A program made the translations under genes and the position numbers. From positions 5,049 to 69,048 of the forward strand of contig JBHORK010000002.1 of the NCBI GenBank assembly GCA_042565725.1: DNA of 64,000 nucleotides, read 5' to 3'. Origin of the DNA: Verrucomicrobiota bacterium. Its GTDB lineage: Bacteria > Verrucomicrobiota > Kiritimatiellia > UBA8416 > JBHORK01. Below the pieces are notes generated by a model that was given only the letters and a program-made list of their open reading frames with translations, was not told the origin of the DNA and ran no database searches. Every line of letters starts with the position of its first letter. Position 1 is the first letter of the stretch. This document shows positions 39,536 to 48,257 of the stretch, piece after piece.

Positions 39536-39543
39536 AGCTCTAT

Positions 39544-41283
39544 TTACTTCATACTTCCCTGCCCCGACAAAGGGGCCTTTTCTTCTTCTAATAACCGCTT
39601 AACAAATTCTTCCGCCCCCATGGCGCCCTGATCTCCTTCGGAGCGACTCCTTACAGATACTTTTCCCGAATCAACTTCTTTCGGACCCAGAATAAGCATG
39701 TAAGGAATCTTTTCCAGTTGGGCCCTCCGAATCTTTGCGCCAATCTTCTCAGGCTTCCTGTCCAGCGACACTCTTAATTCGCTCTTCCTCAAAACATCGA
39801 CAACGCTTTCAGCGTACTCTATCTGCTTCTCTGTAAGAGGAAGGATTCTTACCTGTTCCGGCGCAAGCCATAATGGAAAAGCGCCTGCATAGTGCTCTAT
39901 CAAAATTCCGAAAAAACGTTCCAAACTTCCAAGTAACGCCCTGTGAACCATGTAAGGACGGTGATTCTTTCCATCCTCACCCACGTATGACATATCAAAT
40001 CGTTCGGGAATATTGAAATCAAACTGAATGGTACTCATCTGCCATTCCCGACCAAGTGCATCTCGAATTTTTATATCTATTTTGGGGCCATAAAATGCGC
40101 CACCGCCCTGTTCCAACTCATACGTAATAGATTCGGTTTTAAGCGCATTTTCCAGTGAACTTGTCGCCTGATCCCAACGCTCCTCTTCTCCAACACTCTT
40201 TTCAGGCCTGGTCGAAAGATAGGCAGTGACTTCACTGAACCCAAAAGCTTTCAGGATTCTCAATGCAAACCGCACCGCCTCCTGCACCTCATCCTGTATC
40301 TGTTCTGGTATACAGAAAATATGAGCGTCATCCTGGGTGAATCCCCTTACCCTAAGAAGCCCATGCAGAACACCACTCTTTTCATAGCGATAGACAGTTC
40401 CAAGTTCTGCCCATCTTAAAGGCAGATCACGGTACGACCTTTTTTGAGATTTATAAATCTGGATATGAAACGGGCAATTCATCGGTTTAACAAAATACTC
40501 ATTGCCGTCAATATCCATCGGCGCATACATATTCTCACGGTAAAAATCCAAATGGCCGGAAGTATTCCATAACTCCGCGCGTCCTATATGCGGAGTATAC
40601 ATAATTTCGTAATCGGCCCTAAAATGCTCGCGCCGCCAGTAATCTTCGATTATTGAGCGGATACGCGCTCCCTTGGGATGCCAATGAACAAGGCCGCCTC
40701 CTACCTTCTCCTGTATACTGAACAGATCAAGCTCACGGCCCAAGCGACGATGATCACGTTTTTTAGCCTCTTCAATTTTGTTAAGCTGTTCTTCCAATTC
40801 ATCTTTAGAAACTGCGATAATACCGTAAATCCGCTGGAGCATGGGATTTGTTTCCGCGCCGCGGTAATATGAACCGGCAACCGCAGTCAGCTTGAATGCT
40901 TTTATCTCACCTGTACTGTCCAAATGCGGGCCGCGGCATAGATCGACAAACTCACCACACTTATAAAAAGTGATTTTATCGTCTTCAGGAATATCGGTTA
41001 AACGCTCCAGCTTGTAGGTCTGATTATCATTTTGGAGCATTTCAATTGCCTTTTCTCTGGAAACCTCAAGACACTCAAAAGGCAGGTCCTCGGAAATAAT
41101 ACGGGACATTTCTTCTTCAATAGCAGAAAAATCGTCAATGGAAAGACGGTCTGAAAGGTCAAAATCATAGTAAAAACCATCATCGGTCGAAGGGCCGATA
41201 TCAAGCCTTACATCACTATGCAGCCGGCAAATAGCCGCTGCCATCACATGCGCCGCACTATGGCGCATACGATCCAAGTCCAA
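39544..41283 (-). CDS. thrS: threonine--tRNA ligase lacking the N-terminal TGS domain
   Basis: Starts (TTG after AAGGAGG) at LDRMRHSAAHVMAAAI, which aligns to about residue 66 of E. coli ThrRS. Class II motifs and anticodon-binding domain present. Only 67 nt separate it from the upstream gene. Confidence 0.9.
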   Translation of the reverse strand: MDLDRMRHSAAHVMAAAICRLHSDVRLDIGPSTDDGFYYDFDLSDRLSIDDFSAIEEEMSRIISEDLPFECLEVSREKAIEMLQNDNQTYKLERLTDIPEDDKITFYKCGEFVDLCRGPHLDSTGEIKAFKLTAVAGSYYRGAETNPMLQRIYGIIAVSKDELEEQLNKIEEAKKRDHRRLGRELDLFSIQEKVGGGLVHWHPKGARIRSIIEDYWRREHFRADYEIMYTPHIGRAELWNTSGHLDFYRENMYAPMDIDGNEYFVKPMNCPFHIQIYKSQKRSYRDLPLRWAELGTVYRYEKSGVLHGLLRVRGFTQDDAHIFCIPEQIQDEVQEAVRFALRILKAFGFSEVTAYLSTRPEKSVGEEERWDQATSSLENALKTESITYELEQGGGAFYGPKIDIKIRDALGREWQMSTIQFDFNIPERFDMSYVGEDGKNHRPYMVHRALLGSLERFFGILIEHYAGAFPLWLAPEQVRILPLTEKQIEYAESVVDVLRKSELRVSLDRKPEKIGAKIRRAQLEKIPYMLILGPKEVDSGKVSVRSRSEGDQGAMGAEEFVKRLLEEEKAPLSGQGSMK

Positions 41284-41350
41284 TTTAAGCCTCCTTTTTA
41301 CAATTTATAGAAAACCGCGTGAAAATAAGCATTTTCAGCCATTATGTCAA

Positions 41351-43111
41351 CTAAAGTCTTTTGCGATACGGAACCCGCACTCCATAAACCTTCGAAACAT
41401 TATCAATTTCTTTCAAAATAAGCGACTCACGTTTTTGAGTATATTCGCCTATAAGATGATATATCTTCTGCTCTGCCCAGCTGTTTCTTATGGTTTTGTC
41501 GCCGCGTTTTGCATCTTTTTCAAGAGACAGATCAAAAATCATATCGCATTTCTTGCTACCAGCCCTGCCGAGAGTCTGAAAAACCACCCTGTCCATTCCT
41601 CGCGCATATCGCCCATACATCACAAGCGGTCGATCAAGATATAAATTACTCATTAGGGTCGGGTAAACTTCTATCTTCATATAAGGACTATCCGCAAACC
41701 TGAAGGTTACATCAGTTAAAACCGGACGGCTTACCCCGCGCAAAAGATCCTGAATGAAATCCGGTATTCCCCATCGCCCACCCTCTACAATTGAAGCCTC
41801 ACCCCTATTGCAAGAGCTTAAGAGATCAAGCAGATAATCATTCGCTGTTTGTATTGTTCCCATTGTAAAAACAGATATAGCCCCCTTGTTCAACTTTGTG
41901 AATTCACCAATAATATCAGAACTGTCAGTAAGCCCTGTAGTCGGTCGGCCATCAGTAACAACCAAGGCAATTACGGGACGCCCCGAAATTCTTTTTATTT
42001 TCGCCAAATCTTTTATCGAAGAATAAATATCCGTATTCCCTTCCGATCTCATTTCCTTGATAAACTGAGTGGCTTTTTCAATAGCTGCCGGTTTATTCGC
42101 AGCCCAACTGTCAAAACACTTTCCCGCTCTGTCCCGAAAACTTACAACGTTAAAACGATCTTCAGCCCCAATATGAGTCAAACAACTGACCATGCCGGTT
42201 CTGCAGAAATATAATCTCTGTTCTGCCATACTGGCGGAACAATCCTGCACCAAAATAATATCTTTCGGTACTACCGGCAGAATTTCCGAACCTGCCCGCT
42301 CTATCTCAATTTTGAAATAACCATATTTCCTGTCTCTGAAACTTGTGTATGTGCTGATTTCCACAGTCAAAAAATCCTCTATCGGTTTGATTTCTGTAAC
42401 AGACCCAACATCCTCTTGAAACAAACCGTCAAGAATCCCAGCTTGAGACTCGCCTATTTGCAAACTCGCCTCAGAATCCGTTCCTTCCACAGTTTCATGA
42501 GACATTTCCGCTCTCTGAGGTTCTGCAATAGAAAACTCCCGCTTAACAGACGTAGCCGCAATCATATTTTCCCGATCAACAGGAGCGACATAATCAGGCG
42601 CATCTCCAACACGTTCAACCTTGGGTATTCTTCTCCGTTCAAGCCCTTCAATTTCAATATCTATCACTTCTTTTTCTATAGCCACAATTTCCTGCCTTGG
42701 GTCCCACACCTGACGTTCGGGAATAATACTGTGTTCCTTAATGGTCTCCATTTCGCCTGAAAGCTTACCCTCTGTTAAATGCGGCGGTTCGATCAGAGCT
42801 TTATCAGGCGTCATTGCAAAAGCTTCTGTCCTCTTCATGAGCGACCCTTCCGAAATCAACGCCCCTTCACTCCGTCCGGCCGGCAGCTGTTTTGCGTAGG
42901 ACTCCTCACGTATCACATCTATCAGCCGCATAGACTTAACTTTCTTAATTGTGACAGCACCACTCGACGTAACCGCAAACTTGACCTCGGATGTCGCGAG
43001 AGAATATAGCATAACTCCATGAATCAGAACCGACAGCACGCACGATATTACCGCTGCACCTGTGTGCGTATCTCGTATCAACGGGTCACTATTTGTTCTT
43101 AAATTCATCAC
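41351..43111 (-). CDS. membrane-anchored VWA-domain protein with TonB/TolA-like SxxxH transmembrane anchor
   Basis: AAVISCVLSVLIHGVMLYSL (compare TonB LLSVCIHGAVVAGLLY). An about 240-aa E/P/I-rich linker. MIDAS-type DCSASM at residue 290, and VVTDGRPT. Confidence 0.7.
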   Translation of the reverse strand: MMNLRTNSDPLIRDTHTGAAVISCVLSVLIHGVMLYSLATSEVKFAVTSSGAVTIKKVKSMRLIDVIREESYAKQLPAGRSEGALISEGSLMKRTEAFAMTPDKALIEPPHLTEGKLSGEMETIKEHSIIPERQVWDPRQEIVAIEKEVIDIEIEGLERRRIPKVERVGDAPDYVAPVDRENMIAATSVKREFSIAEPQRAEMSHETVEGTDSEASLQIGESQAGILDGLFQEDVGSVTEIKPIEDFLTVEISTYTSFRDRKYGYFKIEIERAGSEILPVVPKDIILVQDCSASMAEQRLYFCRTGMVSCLTHIGAEDRFNVVSFRDRAGKCFDSWAANKPAAIEKATQFIKEMRSEGNTDIYSSIKDLAKIKRISGRPVIALVVTDGRPTTGLTDSSDIIGEFTKLNKGAISVFTMGTIQTANDYLLDLLSSCNRGEASIVEGGRWGIPDFIQDLLRGVSRPVLTDVTFRFADSPYMKIEVYPTLMSNLYLDRPLVMYGRYARGMDRVVFQTLGRAGSKKCDMIFDLSLEKDAKRGDKTIRNSWAEQKIYHLIGEYTQKRESLILKEIDNVSKVYGVRVPYRKRL

Positions 43112-43173
43112 TTATCACTCATAATTCATAATTTTCTTCGTTCCCCGCGTCGCCGTTTCGCCCCTTCGCCGCG

Positions 43174-45627
43174 TCACTCCCCCCGCACCCACTTGCTTTT
43201 TGGATATCTTTCACGTAATTCTTCAAGAGCTTTACGCGCATCTTCTTTCCTGCCCGCTTTCTTCAACACATTACTTGCTTTATATAAACACTCCGGCACA
43301 ATCTCTGCATCATCGAACAAGATAGCTACACTCATAAAATACTTTGCCGCAGTTTCTAAATCCGATTTACTTTCAGCTGCCGCACCCAGCCCCGCATACG
43401 CATGAGCTCTGATGTCCAACATGCTGTCATCAGAAGCCAGTCGGGAAGCTCGCATAAAATACTCGAACGCCTCATCAGAACTACCGTCAGACAGCATAAT
43501 TTGTCCAAGCCGCAAGGCTGATTCACCGGCAAAACGAGTACCGGCATTTGCATCCAGAGCTTTTTTAAAAGCTTTTTTAGCATTTTTCAAATCCTTCTTT
43601 GCGAAATAAGTACGCCCCATCAAAAACCATCCAATCTCCTGCCATGTTGATTCACTGTTATTCTTAACGAGCACTTCCGCCGCAGAAAGAGCATTGTTGT
43701 ATTCTTTTTCTCCCAATTTATATTCCGTTAACCATTGCAAAAGTGATGGCGAGAATTTATCCTGAACATCTGTAGAAAGCAGAGAGAAAAACAAGTCCGA
43801 AGCCTCATTCTTTTTTCCAAGCTCTCGCAAAACAAGAGCCAATTGATATTTCGTTTCACGCTTCATTTCTCCCGCAACTCCACTCTTAAGTCCATGCTGA
43901 AATGATTCCACCGCATCTTTTTTCTTGCCCGCCTCTTTCAGAAGAATACCAAGCCAATAATACGAATTTGCTGCGTATTGCGTGCGGGGATATTTCTTCA
44001 ACAGCTCACGAAAACTCACTATTGCGTCTTTGTCACGCCGCAGTCGCGTCTCGCCAATAGCTTTCTGATAAATAGATTCTTCCACTAATTTGTGTTTGGG
44101 ATATTCTCGGATCAGCGTTGTCCAATCCCGTACTGCTTCAGCGTCCATGCCGGCCTTTTGCTGACAATATGCGGATGCGAACAAAGACTGTGGCGCAAGT
44201 TTATTGTCAGAAAATTTTGTTACAATAAAATTATAAAAACGAGAGGCTTCTCTGTATTCACCCTTTGCCTGCAAACGATGCGCAAGCCTATACGCCGCGT
44301 CACACGACAAACCGCTGTCCGGAAATTCATCTATTATAAGACGATAATACTGAACAGCCTTCTCATTCTCTTTCAGTCCTGCATATGATTCTGCAAAGAG
44401 CCAAAACACATCCTTCCTTATCCTGTCAGTTAATTTCACTTTTTCGGCCTCTTTGACGGCATCATCGAATTTTCCTATTTTATAAAAAACAAGGGCCTTC
44501 TCATAAATCGCCGCATTAAAAAATTCACTTTCAGGATACTCCTTCAATAACTCTGAATACGTGCTTATCGCGTCTTTATTGTTTTTCAATTGTCTTTCAC
44601 AGTTTGCTTTCAGATACAACCATTCTTCTTCCTGTTCCCCCTGCCCAACCTCAGGCGGCATATACTGAAGCGCATCCGCATACAAACCAGCGTTATGAGC
44701 CGACCATGCGGCCCGGAGTTTTGATTCCATTGAACGCACATCTGCAGGATGGTTTACTAACAACTGTTTATACGCTTCAGCGCTTTTCTTGAAATCTTTT
44801 CGCCGGAAATAAACCTCTGCGATCTGAAACAATGCTTCCGCCTTAATTCTCTTTGTAGCAGCCGACTTTTCAGCCTCCTTAAAAACTTTCAACGCCTTCT
44901 CCTCTGCATCTCCGCTGAAACCTGAAACCTGAAACCTGAAACCTGAAGAATATATTTCACCTAACCTGAGAAGTGCCAGAGAATAGAATTCCGACGTCTG
45001 ATGTTTTTTCCTGATTTGCTCAAAACCCTGTACAGCGCTCTTTTCCTGGTCATTCTTCAGGCAAGCATCACTTCGAAAATATAAAGATGCGGCAGTAACA
45101 TCCGCAGGAGGTTTTTCTTTGAGAAGCCTGTCAAACCAATAAATCGCGGCTTCCCATCTTTCTGTATCCACAAAAATCTTTGCACGCCGATAACCGGCAA
45201 CATAACGATGCTTACTTGACGGATAGTTTGTAAACACATGCAGATATTGCCCGGCAGCCTTAAGAGACTCTCCCATCTGCTCATAACTTTCCCCCAGCCT
45301 GAAACAAACAACATCTGACTTCTTGCTGTCAGGAAAATTATGCAAAAAGGATTTATACTCTTTTATAGCGAGATCATGGATTCCCCGGACATATAAACCA
45401 TTCGCAAATTGCAGGCTTTCGTCATGATCTTTAATTTCTGCTAAAACCGGTGATGCGAGAAGAAGAGATGCAATCAAGCTTACGAATTTGCATTGTAACG
45501 TAATTTTATACCCGCCCGGGCCAATGCCTGGTGTCGGACGGGACAGCGTATTTCGCGAAGAGCCACTCGATATATTAAACACGAGATACGCGATACGAAA
45601 TACGAAATACGAGATTAAAGCTTTCAT
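43174..45627 (-). CDS. large periplasmic TPR repeat protein (CpoB/YbgF-like repeats)
   Basis: Multiple TPR units. Signal-like FVSLIASLLLASPVLA at residues 48-65. ATGA overlap with the exbD stop supports the 45627 start, but the first about 45 codons are repeat words, so the start is uncertain. Confidence 0.7.
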   Translation of the reverse strand: MKALISYFVFRIAYLVFNISSGSSRNTLSRPTPGIGPGGYKITLQCKFVSLIASLLLASPVLAEIKDHDESLQFANGLYVRGIHDLAIKEYKSFLHNFPDSKKSDVVCFRLGESYEQMGESLKAAGQYLHVFTNYPSSKHRYVAGYRRAKIFVDTERWEAAIYWFDRLLKEKPPADVTAASLYFRSDACLKNDQEKSAVQGFEQIRKKHQTSEFYSLALLRLGEIYSSGFRFQVSGFSGDAEEKALKVFKEAEKSAATKRIKAEALFQIAEVYFRRKDFKKSAEAYKQLLVNHPADVRSMESKLRAAWSAHNAGLYADALQYMPPEVGQGEQEEEWLYLKANCERQLKNNKDAISTYSELLKEYPESEFFNAAIYEKALVFYKIGKFDDAVKEAEKVKLTDRIRKDVFWLFAESYAGLKENEKAVQYYRLIIDEFPDSGLSCDAAYRLAHRLQAKGEYREASRFYNFIVTKFSDNKLAPQSLFASAYCQQKAGMDAEAVRDWTTLIREYPKHKLVEESIYQKAIGETRLRRDKDAIVSFRELLKKYPRTQYAANSYYWLGILLKEAGKKKDAVESFQHGLKSGVAGEMKRETKYQLALVLRELGKKNEASDLFFSLLSTDVQDKFSPSLLQWLTEYKLGEKEYNNALSAAEVLVKNNSESTWQEIGWFLMGRTYFAKKDLKNAKKAFKKALDANAGTRFAGESALRLGQIMLSDGSSDEAFEYFMRASRLASDDSMLDIRAHAYAGLGAAAESKSDLETAAKYFMSVAILFDDAEIVPECLYKASNVLKKAGRKEDARKALEELRERYPKSKWVRGE
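44915..44949. repeat. CTGAAAC heptamer x4 (+1 degenerate) inside the TPR coding sequence
   Basis: ctgaaac ctgaaac ctgaaac ctgaaac ctgaaga. Translated on the minus strand as SSGFRFQVSGFSG. Confidence 0.85.
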
Positions 45628-46040
45628 TCCTCAGAAGCGCTCGTTGCAAAAGAAACATTCGATATGTCTGACTGACGGCATAAATCCAAAACATCAATTA
45701 CATTTTCGTAGTGTGTTGCCTTGTCCGCCCGAACAAGAACCGGCTGACCGGGAGATACCTCTGTGATTCGGTCCAATAATACAGCAAGACTCTCTTTATC
45801 AAGACTGCGTCTATTGACTACTATATCTCCGTCTTTAAGAATATTTATAATGATTTCACCTGGAAACCGCTTGGGCATCTCTCCTGTCTGGGCCGTGGGC
45901 AGTTTAATATCTATTTCTGTTTCCCACTGAGAAAAGATCTGGCTGGCAATAAAAAAACAAAGCAACAGAAAAATCACGTCGATCATCGGCGCAATTTGAA
46001 AACCCGGCTCTTGAACCCCATGTTTGTGTCGAAAATTCAT
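45624..46040 (-). CDS. ExbD/TolR family biopolymer transport protein
   Basis: FQIAPMIDVIFLLLCFFI TM with conserved Asp; 138 aa. Confidence 0.85.
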   Translation of the reverse strand: MNFRHKHGVQEPGFQIAPMIDVIFLLLCFFIASQIFSQWETEIDIKLPTAQTGEMPKRFPGEIIINILKDGDIVVNRRSLDKESLAVLLDRITEVSPGQPVLVRADKATHYENVIDVLDLCRQSDISNVSFATSASEE

Positions 46041-46061
46041 TTTCTTTCTTACCTTGCGCAG

Positions 46062-46820
46062 CTACCTGGGCGGTGTACGGGTCGAACTCAATAAAACTGT
46101 TAGAATCTCAGTTGATGCAGTTTCAAGATGCGAAACAAGCTTGGAAGCACTCCTTCGAAAATATGCGTAAAACATCATAGCAGGAATCCCCACCATCAAA
46201 CCAAAAGCAGTTGTGATTAAAGCCTGAGAAACACCCTCAGCCAAAACGATAGGCCTTGCCTTGGCGATATCCAGGGCCACGGCGCTGAAAGCTCTAAGCA
46301 TACCAAAAACCGTCCCAAGCAAACCGATCATCGGAGAAACAACAGCGATATCAAGAAGATATTGGGTCTGCCCCAAAAAAGATTCCGCTTGCCTGCTGCC
46401 TTCACCTTCAACAACATCCTTCAGCATAACAGGATCCGGTTCTTCTACATCACGGAGATAGTTAAGCGCGGAAATAGCTACTTCAGACAAAGGACAACGC
46501 CTGAATTCACAGACCCTGCGCGCTTCATCTATTGCACCCGCCTTAATTTTATCGAGCAGCTCCCTACGAAGAAAAGCTGGAGCAATCTGATCAAAACGCA
46601 GAACCATAATAAAGTAAATAACAAGGGCAAGCATAAGAACTGATATAGCGATCAACACATACATCACCCACCCACCGCTCTGCAATATCTGCTTCCACGA
46701 CCAGCTGGCGCCACTTCCGCCAATTACCTCCTCGACTTGTGCCCCCATGGAAACCGGAACAATAAGGAATATACTAAAAGCAATTAAAACCATCAGAGCA
46801 AACTTTACTGATCTATACAT
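46062..46820 (-). CDS. MotA/TolQ/ExbB proton channel family protein
   Basis: SPMIGLLGTVFGMLRAFSAV and ALITTAFGLMVGIPAMMFY. Start set at ATG 46820 to avoid overlap with argH. Confidence 0.85.
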   Translation of the reverse strand: MYRSVKFALMVLIAFSIFLIVPVSMGAQVEEVIGGSGASWSWKQILQSGGWVMYVLIAISVLMLALVIYFIMVLRFDQIAPAFLRRELLDKIKAGAIDEARRVCEFRRCPLSEVAISALNYLRDVEEPDPVMLKDVVEGEGSRQAESFLGQTQYLLDIAVVSPMIGLLGTVFGMLRAFSAVALDIAKARPIVLAEGVSQALITTAFGLMVGIPAMMFYAYFRRSASKLVSHLETASTEILTVLLSSTRTPPR

Positions 46821-46822
46821 AT

Positions 46823-48241
46823 CTATCGACTCCTTGTTAATGGATATTTCGCACCAAGAAGCTTTGTAATACATGCAAAATATTTCCGCCGTTCTTTTTC
46901 AACACTATTCTCCGCCTTTACCACCCTCCGCTTAAAAGCATCAAGGTTCAGCCGCCCGGCAGCGCCTGAATGAGTTTTTCTTTTTATCGCCTTCACCGGA
47001 TCACACTGATCAAGATCTGCCAGATGTTTCTTTACATAATTATAAGCTTCCCGAAAAGAAACTCCCTCCGATATCCGATCCAGTACCACGTCAGCCGCAA
47101 AAACCTGTGAAGTAAAACCTGTCAGTAAAGCTTTTCTGTTTACCTTAAGCTTTCCAATTAATTTAGCCGAAATCCTCAAACATGACCGTGTAGTCTGAAT
47201 ACCATCAATAAACGGCTCCTTGATTTCCTGCAAATCCCGACTATAGCCACTGGGCAGACCACTCACGATAAGGGCTGTTGCTGAAGCATTCGTCAACACC
47301 TTAACGGCTTTTGCCCTCACAAGCTCCAAAACATCAGGATTGTTTTTCTGCGGCATGATACTGCTCCCGGTACAATATTCGGCAGGCAAACTAAAGTAGC
47401 TGAATTCCGGCATTGTATACAAAATAATATCCTGCGCGAGACGTGAAAGAGAAAGCATCACCTGTGATAACGCCGAAAGAATAACACTTTCGCATTTTCC
47501 CCGCGCATTACTTGCGTAAAGCACATTATGTATCGGCTCCCGAAAGCCAAGAAGCCGCGCTGTTAAAGGCCTGTCAATCTTTAGCTGCACCCCATACCCC
47601 GCTGCCGACCCTAATGGACACCGATCATTATATTCATAAGCACCCTTAAGAAGATTTATATCATCCAGAATACTTTCCGCATGCGCCGATGCCCAGAGCC
47701 CCACCGAACTCGGCATGGCTGGCTGCATATGAGTCCGGCCAACCATTGGCAAAAACTCATGCCTCTGCGCAAGATTCAACATTGCCTTCGCAAGGCCAAG
47801 CGCCTCATCCATTACACCAAAAAGCTGCTCCTTACCGTATAACCTAAGATCAACGGCAACCTGATCATTCCGACTCCGGGCTGTATGAATCCGTTTACCC
47901 GGGTCTCCAAGCTTCTGAGTCATAATCCGTTCAACAGCAAGGTGTATATCCTGATCTTTCTCTTCTATAACTGCCAACCCCCGCCGCGCCTTGCGCATTA
48001 CGGCGATAAGCTCCCTGATAACTCTTTTTCTTCCCTGAACCGTAAACAGCGGTGGTTTAATCGGGATCCTTGAAAGCATAGTCACATGTGCCGCCGTACC
48101 GATACAATCCGCCTCTGCCAGAGTAATATCCAATACAGGATCCTTCCCAACGGTAAACTGAAGAACTTCAGAATCCACATTCCCGACTATTGTCTCTCTA
48201 ATCTTTTTTGTCTTTTTCATTTCGTTTCTTCTCCGCGTCAC
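46823..48241 (-). CDS. argH: argininosuccinate lyase
   Basis: Fumarate-lyase signature GSSIMPQKNNPDVLELVR; 472 aa. Confidence 0.85.
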   Translation of the reverse strand: MTRRRNEMKKTKKIRETIVGNVDSEVLQFTVGKDPVLDITLAEADCIGTAAHVTMLSRIPIKPPLFTVQGRKRVIRELIAVMRKARRGLAVIEEKDQDIHLAVERIMTQKLGDPGKRIHTARSRNDQVAVDLRLYGKEQLFGVMDEALGLAKAMLNLAQRHEFLPMVGRTHMQPAMPSSVGLWASAHAESILDDINLLKGAYEYNDRCPLGSAAGYGVQLKIDRPLTARLLGFREPIHNVLYASNARGKCESVILSALSQVMLSLSRLAQDIILYTMPEFSYFSLPAEYCTGSSIMPQKNNPDVLELVRAKAVKVLTNASATALIVSGLPSGYSRDLQEIKEPFIDGIQTTRSCLRISAKLIGKLKVNRKALLTGFTSQVFAADVVLDRISEGVSFREAYNYVKKHLADLDQCDPVKAIKRKTHSGAAGRLNLDAFKRRVVKAENSVEKERRKYFACITKLLGAKYPLTRSR

Positions 48242-48257
48242 TATTCACGGTGCACCT

